DNA of 64,000 bases. It comes from Eggerthellaceae bacterium (lineage in GTDB: Archaea; Thermoplasmatota; Thermoplasmata; Methanomassiliicoccales; Methanomethylophilaceae). Every line of letters begins with the position of its first letter. Position 1 is the stretch's first letter. The stretch spans positions 41,432 to 105,431 of the forward strand of contig CAVJRF010000003.1 in the NCBI GenBank assembly GCA_963651945.1. Reading direction: 5' to 3'. The notes under the pieces were generated by a model that made no database searches, had not been told where the DNA came from, and saw only the letters and a list, made by a program, of their open reading frames with translations. Shown one piece after another: positions 18,191-27,955 of this stretch. The position numbers and the translations under genes are program-made.

Positions 18191-19471
18191 TCAGGGGCCG
18201 AGAGCGGTTATCGGTACGACGTACACACCGTCTTCCCTGCGGTATGCGTAACCGCCCTGACCTGTTATCACACAGAGGAATCTGGGGCATGTAGCACCAT
18301 CCCTCTCCATGAAATCACGGATCCTCTTCAGATTCTCCGCTCCATCGTCGATGGCATCCTGTCCCAATTTTATCTCGAAGGCACCCCAACCGACATTCTT
18401 CATCTCCACTACCGCATCTATCTCTCTATCACCGTGATCGCGATAGTGGAACAGTTCCCCGTCGAACGTATCGGCGTATATCCTGAGGTCCCTCTCGCAA
18501 AGGGCCTCGAAGAGGAATCCCATCGTCCTCAGATCGCTCATCAGGGCCTTCTTGTCCAGTCCGAGTGCCGCAGCGGCAAGGGACGGGTCCGCAAGGTGTC
18601 TCTTTTGGTTCTTCCCGACCCTCACCGATGACCTGTAATTCGGTGAGAATGCGGGTTGGTCCTCGATCAGATGTAACTTGTCCAAAACATCGAGATAATC
18701 CGTGACAGTATCGTTGTCCAGATCACCACCATCGAATTGCGATATGTCTGAGGAAAGTTTTTTCTTTGTTGCTATGGTACTTTCGTTCCTGGCTAAAGAA
18801 CGGAAAAAACGTTTCAGTTTAACAACATCCCTTCTTTTAGCATCGGTTTTCTGTGCATCTTCTTCACATACTTTGTTGATGTAGTCGGAAAGGAATGCTC
18901 TAGTGGTTGTTTCCTTATTTTTCAATAATGCAGGCCACCCCCCTCTTACAATCAACCAGGATATTTCTTCCAACGTAGGAGGGTCAACCTTGACGGTCTT
19001 GAAATTTCCGTCGAACAACCCTCTTAATGATACTTTTCCACTGGAGTCGCCAGATTCGTAAAGTGACATTGTCCGCATTTTAATGTCGATTATTCTACCG
19101 GCCCCTGAATGGCTTCTTTTCGCTTTGTCTACACTAGACGAACCGCAAAGTATGAATTTTCCTTTCTTTCCATCTTTATCAACGATATAACGAACAGCGT
19201 CCCATATTTTTGGAACATCTTGCCATTCATCGATTAGGTGCGGTTCATCACCCTCCAATGCAGCCAAAGGATCTCCTACAGCGATACGTAGGTTGATAAA
19301 GTCATTTGTTGGATCCATAAGAGAGTATTCACTATTGGAGAAGGAACGGGCACACCATGTTTTGCCACAATTCTTTGGCCCTTCTATACTAACAGCTCCA
19401 GCTGATTCGAGCATCATTTGTATTTTATCTTCCACGAGCCTTCTTAGATATCCTTTCGGTGTCAGGACCAT
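18191..19471 (-). CDS. AAA_14-family ATP-binding protein with DUF4143 domain
   Basis: GPKNCGKT Walker A, LIDEWQ, SHSGAGRI, GGWP, HYRD...EIDAVVE...FEIKLG. Confidence 0.88.
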   Translation of the reverse strand: MVLTPKGYLRRLVEDKIQMMLESAGAVSIEGPKNCGKTWCARSFSNSEYSLMDPTNDFINLRIAVGDPLAALEGDEPHLIDEWQDVPKIWDAVRYIVDKDGKKGKFILCGSSSVDKAKRSHSGAGRIIDIKMRTMSLYESGDSSGKVSLRGLFDGNFKTVKVDPPTLEEISWLIVRGGWPALLKNKETTTRAFLSDYINKVCEEDAQKTDAKRRDVVKLKRFFRSLARNESTIATKKKLSSDISQFDGGDLDNDTVTDYLDVLDKLHLIEDQPAFSPNYRSSVRVGKNQKRHLADPSLAAAALGLDKKALMSDLRTMGFLFEALCERDLRIYADTFDGELFHYRDHGDREIDAVVEMKNVGWGAFEIKLGQDAIDDGAENLKRIRDFMERDGATCPRFLCVITGQGGYAYRREDGVYVVPITALGP

Positions 19472-19502
19472 ATCTGAAAGATAATGTGTTGTTATTTATT
19501 CA

Positions 19503-19569
19503 TCCCTATGTTTTCATGGGATTCATTCCCATGTTTTCATGGGATTCATTCCCATGTTTTCATGGGATT
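19503..19569. repeat. Three tandem 23-bp units, each an inverted repeat
   Basis: cccatgttttcatgggattcatt at 19528 and 19551 (third unit diverges after ...gggatt), variant at 19505. Core TCCCATG-TTTT-CATGGGA. Confidence 0.9.
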
Positions 19570-19585
19570 GTACTGCAGTTCATTT

Positions 19586-19807
19586 TTCGATTAGATCGAC
19601 TTCATCGCATCCAAGGGGGATGTGTTGGGGTACTATCAGGCATCGTACCTTCTCGCATCGGATTCGACGATCGAACGCGAGTTCCGTTCATTGGAATCGA
19701 TAGATGACAACTATCCGAAATATGTACTCTCGATGGATACGATCAATCGTAGCAGGAACGAGATAAGGCACATGAACATCATCGATTGGTTACTCCCATA
19801 TCGATGA
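19586..19807 (+). pseudogene. Orphan 3' fragment of an AAA/DUF4143 ATPase
   Basis: FD*IDFIASKGDVLGYYQASYLLASDSTIEREFRSLESIDDNYPKYVLSMD...HMNIIDWLL matches the family C-terminus. The 5' part is missing. Confidence 0.75.
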
Positions 19808-20089
19808 ATATCAGCGATCTGCACCGATACCGGAGATGTACAGTCCATCGACATGATGTCACCGATTGATCTCGTGACGTAACTACCCCCCCTATCCGTC
19901 ATACTCGAAGGGATCGTAAATGCGCTCACTCTTAAGGAGAAATCATGCTCACAGGGACCTGTCCAATCTTTGATAGCGAGTTCTGATCGATCATCATAGA
20001 GATTAGGACGACAGACGGACGTATTGAATCCACGCCAGTCACCTCCGACTGAGGAATGTTTTTATCGGACATCGCCTTCATCAAAGGCG

Positions 20090-20647
20090 ATGGAAGCTAA
20101 CACCGTGTCTTCTAACGTTTCCGTCCTGGACCTCATCTGTAAGGACAAGTATGCAGAGGCCAACAACCACAAGCGTGCAAGGGACGAATTCAACAAGGAA
20201 TCGAAGAATTGGATCAACACACGTAACACCAATTCCGAGAGGGCGAGGGAACTCTCCAAGAAAGCGGCCGAGGCCAAGGCAGAACGCGACGCCTACAACC
20301 AGAAGGTACGCGAGCTGAAGGAACTCAGGGATCAGATGCACGCGAAGGCCGCAGAGCTCAAGGAGAACGGTGGCGAGGGCTATGAGGATGCCAAGGCTCA
20401 GGGTAACATGTACCATGACGAGATGGCATCGTACGCCGCAAAAGGACAGCTTGCACATCAGTTGATGATCCAATGCTACGAGGATGCGGATGTTGCTAGG
20501 AAACTATCCGACATCGCACACAGGAAATCCATCGAATGCAGGGAAGCGGCCAACAGGGAGCATGAGGCCTTCGTGAACACGCTCAAGGATCTCGAAGAGC
20601 TCAAGAACGACCCGTTCGGTGCGATCGATTCAGAAGATGATGCGTGA
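20090..20647 (+). CDS. Archaeal coiled-coil protein
   Basis: Long heptad-rich helix (KRARDEFNKE...ERDAYNQKVRELKELRD...HEAFV) with highly biased codon usage. Confidence 0.7.
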   Translation: MEANTVSSNVSVLDLICKDKYAEANNHKRARDEFNKESKNWINTRNTNSERARELSKKAAEAKAERDAYNQKVRELKELRDQMHAKAAELKENGGEGYEDAKAQGNMYHDEMASYAAKGQLAHQLMIQCYEDADVARKLSDIAHRKSIECREAANREHEAFVNTLKDLEELKNDPFGAIDSEDDA

Positions 20648-21352
20648 CGCATCATCGGAATCCACCTTTCTTCTTATCAATCCCGGTACTTCACCGGCGG
20701 TGCCGAACAATCCGTTCACATATGCGAGACAACCGTCCACACCCTCTATCGAGGCGATGGATTCCAATGCCTCCGACAGGACATCCGATGAACCTTCCCT
20801 CACCTTGTTCCCCAATGATGTGGCACAGCAATCCGCGAGTATCACATCGTCCGATATCACCGTACATATGCCACTGACGCCGAAGGATACCGACGGACCG
20901 ACCTTACCGGATGACGAACATATCCCGAATATGCGATCCCTGGGTCTCACATCCAACGCTATATCCCTCATCCTCTCGTCACCGGAATACAATCCGACCG
21001 TCGTATCGCGATCGATTATCAACGCTATATCCCCGCCGTTCTCGACTATCGCGTATGATGCTCCTTCGCTCACCATCCGTTCCACGGCATATGATGCGAC
21101 CGCACCGGCCACACCAGCCATAGGGCCCACGCCTGATCTGACCGATGCGGCGCACATACGTCTGATGAGATCCTCATCCGTACTCGATACAGGATATGGA
21201 TCGTAGGTTATCTTGAAGAACGGATCCTCCGCGATCTTGGAGATTATTATCTCCCTGGCCTCGAATATGGCATCCTTGGCACATCTGTGGAAGATGTCGT
21301 CGGAGATGACCGTCACCGCGGTCTCTCCGACCTCGAAATGTATCGGCCTCAT
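20630..21352 (-). CDS. UPF0280/COG2122 ApbE-like protein (sulfur assimilation)
   Basis: VGPMAGVAGA, VENGGDIA, GICSSSGKVGPSVSFG, ADCCATSLGN. ATGA overlap with the upstream gene. Confidence 0.85.
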   Translation of the reverse strand: MRPIHFEVGETAVTVISDDIFHRCAKDAIFEAREIIISKIAEDPFFKITYDPYPVSSTDEDLIRRMCAASVRSGVGPMAGVAGAVASYAVERMVSEGASYAIVENGGDIALIIDRDTTVGLYSGDERMRDIALDVRPRDRIFGICSSSGKVGPSVSFGVSGICTVISDDVILADCCATSLGNKVREGSSDVLSEALESIASIEGVDGCLAYVNGLFGTAGEVPGLIRRKVDSDDASRIIF

Positions 21353-21753
21353 AACTTCAGGGTGACGGCCTTGGTGGAACATGCCGAGATGCATGCGCCG
21401 CATGCGACACATGTATCCTCATCCAAATGGACCTCGTATGTCTCGGGATCCAATTTGAACGATTTCGTGGGGCATACCGATACGCACGAACCGCAGTTGA
21501 AGCATTTGTCCATATCACGGGATATGTGCCTGCCCAACTCCTCGATGAATATGCTCTCCTTACCGAGATCGGAGATCGCACTGTCGATCTGTGCCTCCTC
21601 TCCCCTGAGCTTGATGATCAATATGCCTCCGCTGCCCTCGATCTCCGCACGCAGTATGACGGGCTGTATACCGTACTCCGATACCAACTTGTAAGCGATT
21701 GATTCCTGCAAGGCATCCTCATCCGAGAACCTGATCTTGTACTTCTTCTCCAT
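21349..21753 (-). CDS. NIL domain-2x[4Fe-4S] ferredoxin (homocysteine synthesis partner)
   Basis: VILRAEI NIL-like segment, CFNCGSCVSVCP and CVACGACISACS. Confidence 0.88.
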   Translation of the reverse strand: MEKKYKIRFSDEDALQESIAYKLVSEYGIQPVILRAEIEGSGGILIIKLRGEEAQIDSAISDLGKESIFIEELGRHISRDMDKCFNCGSCVSVCPTKSFKLDPETYEVHLDEDTCVACGACISACSTKAVTLKL

Positions 21754-21758
21754 GTGGA

Positions 21759-22907
21759 TCACTCCTTCACCGTGAGGCCGTTGACCGCACTCTTCTTGGG
21801 CAACATCCTCACCGGCTGTGTCAGCTCGAACTCGCCTCTCTCGATCCAATCCTTGAGCTCCGACGCGACCTTCCTCGCACCCCAATAGGATGATAAGGAT
21901 GACGTCCTGATCCTGTGTCCCTCATACTCGATGGAACCGGATCTGAGCTGTGCATAGCTGTACTGTCCGAGAACGGGCCTCTTCTTCGAGGTCACACCGT
22001 AGTCGATCATGTTGGTGAATATCTCCTCATCGGAGATCGCCGCACGTCTCACGACATCCTCATTGAGTGCGGGTATCGGGATACCGACACCTATCGCAAG
22101 CGATGTACCATATCCGTAGACATCCAATCCGCGGACGTATCTCCTGTCCATCTGTTTCATGTCACCGATCAATGCCAAAGTCCTTGCTCCGGATACGGGC
22201 ACGCCGTTCTTCTCCGGTGTCTCGGTGTTGAATTGGGATCCCTGCCATGATACGTATCCCTCTCCGCCTCCCATGAATATGTGGGTACCGATACCGATGG
22301 TATCGAGGTGGGGATCGTTGAGCAGTGGCGACAACTGTCCCGCCGAACTGTATGTGGCGTTCTTCATCCTCGGAAGGAGTTTACCCATGTACGTGTGCAA
22401 CGTCCTGTCCGATGTGTTGGTCGCGAGGTTGTAATTCTGATAACAGTTACGGGGATTGAACATGTAACACTCGTTGAGATCGTCGATCGTGAGGTACGTG
22501 TCGATATCCTTCCTGACGTAACAATCCGTACCGGGACCCCATGCATGGAGGTGTATCCTCTTCCCTGCGATCAGGTCCTCGATCACGTGTCCTCCGCCGT
22601 ATCCTTCGGGATTGTCGGATTTCGCCGTTGATGCGATGTATGTATCGACGGCCGCGAGACCACCGTATGCCTCCACACCATTCATCATGATGTTCGTCAT
22701 CCTTATGGGAGGGTCCGAGTGACCGAAGTTGATGAATGCACCCGATGAGCACATCGCACCGAACGTTCCGGTCGTTATGACATCTACCTCCTCCGCTGCC
22801 TTCTCCACGCCCTTGTCCTTGACGAGATCGATGATCTCCTCGGCCGTGTAGACGACTGCTTTCTTCTGACGGATCTTCTCGTTGATCTCCTCGTACGTCT
22901 TTGCCAC
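21759..22907 (-). CDS. DUF39 homocysteine biosynthesis protein (aspartate-semialdehyde sulfurtransferase), no CBS tail
   Basis: VDVITTGTFGAMCSSGA, YGGGHVIEDL, GTDCY, NPRNCYQNY, SSAGQLSPLLND. GTG start after GAGGT. Confidence 0.88.
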   Translation of the reverse strand: MAKTYEEINEKIRQKKAVVYTAEEIIDLVKDKGVEKAAEEVDVITTGTFGAMCSSGAFINFGHSDPPIRMTNIMMNGVEAYGGLAAVDTYIASTAKSDNPEGYGGGHVIEDLIAGKRIHLHAWGPGTDCYVRKDIDTYLTIDDLNECYMFNPRNCYQNYNLATNTSDRTLHTYMGKLLPRMKNATYSSAGQLSPLLNDPHLDTIGIGTHIFMGGGEGYVSWQGSQFNTETPEKNGVPVSGARTLALIGDMKQMDRRYVRGLDVYGYGTSLAIGVGIPIPALNEDVVRRAAISDEEIFTNMIDYGVTSKKRPVLGQYSYAQLRSGSIEYEGHRIRTSSLSSYWGARKVASELKDWIERGEFELTQPVRMLPKKSAVNGLTVKE

Positions 22908-22917
22908 TTTACCGACC

Positions 22918-23979
22918 TCAAATGAGTTTCTTTGCATATGCGAGCTCTGCGTTAAGAACGGAACCTCCGGCCCCACCCCTGAGGGTGTTGTGGGAGAGAG
23001 CGAATATCTTGTAGAACTCGTCCTTCTTCCTTATCCTTCCGAGTGTAACGGCCATTCCCTTGGACCTTCCCGTACCTCCGGCGAACACATCGAACGCTGG
23101 TTGGGGACGGTTCTCCTCCTTCCTGACGATGATCGGCTGTTCGGGTGCGGACGGGAGCCTGAGCCTCTGGGGTTCGCCCCTGAATTCCTCGAATGTCCTG
23201 ATCATCTCATCGATCGAAGGCTCCGAATCTAGGCTCAATGTCAATGATTCCAGGTGACCGTCCACGACGGGGACCCTGGCACAGTTCGCATATACCTTGA
23301 AATCCGCGAACTTGAATTGTTTATCCTCATACTTGCCGAGCATTTTGGCGAGTTCGGATTCCATCTTCTCCTCCTCTCCCTTGATGAACGGTACAACATT
23401 ACCGACGGCATCCAATGACGGGACACCGGGATAACCCGCTCCCGAGAGTGCCTGATACGTCGAAATGAACACCTGTTTCAATCCGTATGCCTCGTTCAAC
23501 GCCGCGAGGGGGGCCGCGATACCTGTGGATGAACAGTTCGCATTGGTGATGATGAACCCTCCGTTGCCGTACGTATCCTGATCCTTTATGGACTCGATAT
23601 GCTGGGGATTCACCTCGGGTATCATGATCGCCACGTTCTTATCCATCCTGTGGGAACCTGCATTGGTGAACACTCCGACACCCTTCTCGGCCAACTCCGT
23701 CTCCGTAGGGCCGGCGAGATCCGACGGGATACCGCTGAATGCGATCCTGCAATTCTTGGATATCTTGTCAAGATCCATGGTCTCGATCCTTCTCTCCAAC
23801 GTCTCTTCCTTGTAGACGTGGTCCCTGACCTTCAGGACGTCCCCGAGCCTCTTACCCTGGGACCTCTCCGATGCGTAGAGCCCTTCCATCTCGAAATATG
23901 GGTGATCCTCGAGCATCTCGATGAATCTCTGTCCGATCATACCTGTTGCGCCTAAGACTGCGACCTTGACCTTTTCCAT
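22918..23979 (-). CDS. asd: Aspartate-semialdehyde dehydrogenase
   Basis: [51 protein letters not shown]. Confidence 0.95.
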   Translation of the reverse strand: MEKVKVAVLGATGMIGQRFIEMLEDHPYFEMEGLYASERSQGKRLGDVLKVRDHVYKEETLERRIETMDLDKISKNCRIAFSGIPSDLAGPTETELAEKGVGVFTNAGSHRMDKNVAIMIPEVNPQHIESIKDQDTYGNGGFIITNANCSSTGIAAPLAALNEAYGLKQVFISTYQALSGAGYPGVPSLDAVGNVVPFIKGEEEKMESELAKMLGKYEDKQFKFADFKVYANCARVPVVDGHLESLTLSLDSEPSIDEMIRTFEEFRGEPQRLRLPSAPEQPIIVRKEENRPQPAFDVFAGGTGRSKGMAVTLGRIRKKDEFYKIFALSHNTLRGGAGGSVLNAELAYAKKLI

Positions 23980-24144
23980 TCGTTCATCACCATCTGAACA
24001 TCGCCGTAGACACATTGTATTAATATAATTGTGCTAGGGCGACCGACGATCGGTGTCCAGAAAATCGGAGGGTCGCCTGTCAGTGTCGCTTGATATTACC
24101 ATCATCGGATGACGGCCGGTATAAGAATGCGATCCCAAGAAGGA

Positions 24145-24417
24145 TCATTCGAAATAGTGGTGCTGTCTCTCCTTCGATATCTTGAGGATGACATCGGCGA
24201 TCTGTCTCGCTTCCCCTTCGGAGAGACTGACCTCCTGACACAGCTCATGGTATCTCTGAACGACCTCTTTCTCCTTCCTCTCGTCCCAATAGCTCTGACC
24301 GGATAGCTTCTTGGCCTTGGCCAATTCGTCCGCGATCTCCAGGCGTGTAGCTATTGACTCGATTATCTGCTGATCCATTTCCTTGATCATGTTCCTGAGT
24401 TCGGAGGTCGTGGGCAA
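24145..24417 (-). CDS. Chorismate mutase (AroQ-type, standalone)
   Basis: LRNMIKEMDQQII..IATRL.IA..LAKAK....WDERKEKEV. TTG start after AGGTGA. Confidence 0.8.
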   Translation of the reverse strand: MPTTSELRNMIKEMDQQIIESIATRLEIADELAKAKKLSGQSYWDERKEKEVVQRYHELCQEVSLSEGEARQIADVILKISKERQHHYFE

Positions 24418-24513
24418 GAGTGTTCACCTTACTATCACTCATTCACGGAAGATATTAAAAAGTTATTCAGATGGGATTGTTAAAATCATCGGATCCGATG
24501 AGTAAAATAAAGG

Positions 24514-24533
24514 GGAGGGTCCGTGGACCCTCC
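24514..24533 (-). terminator. Hairpin plus U-tract after mgtA
   Basis: ggagggtc-cgtg-gaccctcc followed on the minus strand by ctttattttact. Confidence 0.55.
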
Positions 24534-24538
24534 GTTGT

Positions 24539-27256
24539 TCAGCAGGCGAAGTAGCCGTGCGTCCTCAACATGCGCTTCTTGATCAGGTGCGAACCGAAGA
24601 AGTAGACACATGCGATGAACGGCATCCAGATCAGTGACCATAAGGGTATGGACTCTCCGACACCGCCGGCGATTATCTCCCAAAGAGGGCCGGTGAATGG
24701 CAGCACGGTACCCACGACGAGAGCGATTATGGTCGTCGCTACGAGTATCTTGGATGAACATGTCTGGAAGAACGGCAGCTTGTTGGTACGTACGATATGG
24801 ATGGACCACACCTGCATCCAATACTGTTCGATGCACCATAGCGATTGGAACAGTATCTCATAGGATGTACCCGATAGATCCACCCTCTGGACGATCGCCT
24901 CGCCCATGTTGCCGGTGAATCCCTCCACGCCTACGACCGTTATGCCCGCACATACCACGAATGTGAAGAACAGCCACGACATGACATCGGTGATGGGACA
25001 CATCGGCCCATACCTGAACATCACGTTCTTCAGGTTGATCGCATCCCACTTACGCGGTTCCCTCACGAACTCGTCCTCGACCTTGTCCCACGGGATGACG
25101 AGACATGCGAAGTCGTTGATCAGGTTGAAGATCAAGATCATCATCGCACCCATCGGCGTGAAGTTGAACAAGAGCGATGCAAGGATCAGCGAGAACATGT
25201 ATCCGAAGTTGATCGAACCGATCATCTTGACGTACTTGATCGTGTTGACGTACACCTTCCTGCCTTCGATGACACCGTCCTTCAGTATACCGAGATCCTT
25301 CTCCAGGAGGATCATGTTGGCGGTATCCTTGGCGATGTCCGTTCCCGTGTCCACCGATATGCTGACATCGGCGTTCTTCATGGCGACGATGTCGTTGATA
25401 CCGTCACCTATGAGTCCGACGGTATGGCCGTTATCGCGCAATGCCTTGACGACACGTGATTTGTTATCGGGCGTGAGCCTGACGAACACATCTGTCTCCT
25501 CGACATGCTTCCTCAGCTCCTCATCGTCCATGGCGTCGATCTGAGGTCCGACCATCATCGTCTCTGTGGAGATGTCGATCTGATCCGCGATGTAACGCGT
25601 GACGAACTCGTTGTCACCTGTGAGGACCTTGGTCGTTATTCCGTAATCCCTGAGGTCGCTGATGGCCGTCTTGGCGGTGCTCTTGACCGGATCGGTGAAC
25701 ACGACGAATCCCGTGAAGATCAGGTCGCATTCATCCTCTACCGTTACGGTCTTCCCGTTCGGTACGTACTTGTACGCCACACCGAGGACACGCATACCCT
25801 TCTCGCTGTACCATTCGACGAGTCCCATGACATCGTTCTTGACCTTGTCGTCAAGGACCTGTATGTTCCTGTCCTCGTCCAGGTATCCGGTGGAGATGGA
25901 GAGGATCTCGGGTGTCGCACCTTTGGTGATGACGATGTTGATATCCTCATCCTGTTTCACGACGACGGTCGCTCTTCTCCTGAAGAAATCGAACGGGACG
26001 TCAGCGACATAGGGGTACTGTTCCAACTCCTCTGTGAAACCGTACTCCTCCGCATACTCGTCGATGGCCCAATCGATCTGATTGGTCGATGATTTGAGGT
26101 TCCTGCTGTTGAGAGCGGTGAACACCTCGACCATGTGGCTGCTGTTACCGTGTATGTCGTTACAGTCCTTCACCGAGATCCTGTTCTCGGTGAGCGTACC
26201 GGTCTTATCGGAACATAGGACATCCATCGCACCCAGGTTCTGGATGGAAGTGACGTCCTTGACGATGACCTTCTTCTTCGACATATCGATGGAACCCTTC
26301 GCCAGGTTGGTCGATACTATGGTGGCCAACATCTCGGGCATCAGTCCGATGGCCAATGTGACGGCGAACAATGCTGCCGTCTTGGCGACATCCACCGGAT
26401 CCTCGCCGTTCATCAGACCTTTGGCGACCATGATGATGATGACCGGGGGCACCATGTAGACCATGAGCTTGACGAGGACCTTCGTGATCTGCTTGGAACC
26501 TTTGTCATAGGTCGTCGCGGTCCTGTCCCTGGTGATCTTCTCGGTCATCGAACCGAAAATCGTATCGTCACCCACGGCGACGACGATCGCCTCCGCGGAA
26601 CCGCTGATCACGTTGGAACCCATGAACGCCATGTTGGAGCATCCGAGGATGCTCTCGCAATCGGTCAATGGCTGATCGGTCTTCGTCACCCCTCCGGACT
26701 CGCCGGTGAGTGCGGACTGATCCACCTTCAAATGATTCGACTTAAGGATCCTGACATCGGCGGGGATCATATCGCCGGCATCAAGAATGATTATGTCTCC
26801 GACGACAAGATCGGCGGAGTCGACCTCGATCTCCACATCCTCACGGCGGAGGGTGATGATCGTAGTAACCATGCTCACAAGTTTAGCTGCAGCATTGCTA
26901 CTGCGGGTCTCTTGGATGAAGGTCATTGCCCCACTCACGAAGATGAGAGTGGTCAAAATTACAAGATATGTGTAATCGATCTCCTCGCCGCCGAGTACTG
27001 CGCATACCGGCCAAAGGATATCGATTGCTGCTAAAGCGATAATAAAGACGTTAACGAATGAGTGATAGAGTCTTTTTAGAACCACGTGTTTGTTATGATT
27101 GGTAACTACATTGTCCCCGAACTTGATACGGGATGTGGTCACTTCTTCGTTATAATGCCCCTCGGGTCTGCTATCTAGTCCTTTCATCACAGTCTCTGCG
27201 TCGGATGACGCAGCGAACTTCATTCTTATATCCGGGTCAGCTAAACCATTTACCAC
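24539..27256 (-). CDS. mgtA: Mg2+-translocating P-type ATPase
   Basis: LTGES, GLMPEML, CSDKTGTLT, PFDFFRRR, GDGIND, IPWDKV, IHIVRTNKLPFFQ. Confidence 0.9.
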   Translation of the reverse strand: MVNGLADPDIRMKFAASSDAETVMKGLDSRPEGHYNEEVTTSRIKFGDNVVTNHNKHVVLKRLYHSFVNVFIIALAAIDILWPVCAVLGGEEIDYTYLVILTTLIFVSGAMTFIQETRSSNAAAKLVSMVTTIITLRREDVEIEVDSADLVVGDIIILDAGDMIPADVRILKSNHLKVDQSALTGESGGVTKTDQPLTDCESILGCSNMAFMGSNVISGSAEAIVVAVGDDTIFGSMTEKITRDRTATTYDKGSKQITKVLVKLMVYMVPPVIIIMVAKGLMNGEDPVDVAKTAALFAVTLAIGLMPEMLATIVSTNLAKGSIDMSKKKVIVKDVTSIQNLGAMDVLCSDKTGTLTENRISVKDCNDIHGNSSHMVEVFTALNSRNLKSSTNQIDWAIDEYAEEYGFTEELEQYPYVADVPFDFFRRRATVVVKQDEDINIVITKGATPEILSISTGYLDEDRNIQVLDDKVKNDVMGLVEWYSEKGMRVLGVAYKYVPNGKTVTVEDECDLIFTGFVVFTDPVKSTAKTAISDLRDYGITTKVLTGDNEFVTRYIADQIDISTETMMVGPQIDAMDDEELRKHVEETDVFVRLTPDNKSRVVKALRDNGHTVGLIGDGINDIVAMKNADVSISVDTGTDIAKDTANMILLEKDLGILKDGVIEGRKVYVNTIKYVKMIGSINFGYMFSLILASLLFNFTPMGAMMILIFNLINDFACLVIPWDKVEDEFVREPRKWDAINLKNVMFRYGPMCPITDVMSWLFFTFVVCAGITVVGVEGFTGNMGEAIVQRVDLSGTSYEILFQSLWCIEQYWMQVWSIHIVRTNKLPFFQTCSSKILVATTIIALVVGTVLPFTGPLWEIIAGGVGESIPLWSLIWMPFIACVYFFGSHLIKKRMLRTHGYFAC

Positions 27257-27414
27257 GGGAATTACGTATGGCGTTTTACGTTTAAAGTTAGTCCTCGGAC
27301 CTCATATAAACCGATGGATGTCTGGCACATCATCATTGTCCCCACAGGGACATCGTGTCTCATATGGGTCGTGTCCAACAATGTACATATATGTACACTT
27401 GAATCCACCATACG

Positions 27415-27912
27415 ATGGATATCTCGCTCTCAGATTTCGATGGATCGCCCTCCCAGAAGAATGTCGCTGCCGTCATGCTCGACCACGGATTGTCCGTGAA
27501 GGACGGCAAGGTATACTGCGGCGATATCGAGATATCCGATGCGGCACTCGGTCGTGCCGCAGGGGTGGACAGACGTGTTGTGAGGTCCACCATAACGAAG
27601 ATAGAATCCACGCCTTCGCTCAAGTCCATATTCACCAAGCTCAGATCGATGGCCCTGCTCTCGGATGTCGCTCCGGAGATAGGGTGCAGCGTGATAGAGA
27701 TAATACCGGATGATGCATCGGAACCGGGGATATTGGCCGACATCACGCGCATAATATTCAACGCGGGGATATCCATAAGACAAGCTGTCGTGGATGACAG
27801 GGGTGTGAAGGATGATGCCCGCCTCATAGTGGTCTTGGACGGACAGTTGCCCTCGAGGCAGATCCCGAGATTGATGTCCTGCCACGGTGTGAAGAGCATC
27901 ATCCTGAAGTGA
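27415..27912 (+). CDS. ACT-domain amino-acid metabolism regulator (COG2150-like)
   Basis: PSQKNVA..ML.HGLSV, GVDRRVV, PGILADIT....AGISIRQ. Confidence 0.85.
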   Translation: MDISLSDFDGSPSQKNVAAVMLDHGLSVKDGKVYCGDIEISDAALGRAAGVDRRVVRSTITKIESTPSLKSIFTKLRSMALLSDVAPEIGCSVIEIIPDDASEPGILADITRIIFNAGISIRQAVVDDRGVKDDARLIVVLDGQLPSRQIPRLMSCHGVKSIILK

Positions 27913-27955
27913 TGATAGATGGAGTTGGAATATGGGGCCATCGGCCCCATATGAT

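Noticed and set aside
19503..19569. CRISPR array
   Set aside because: The palindromic units are contiguous with no unique spacers, and no cas genes are in the window.
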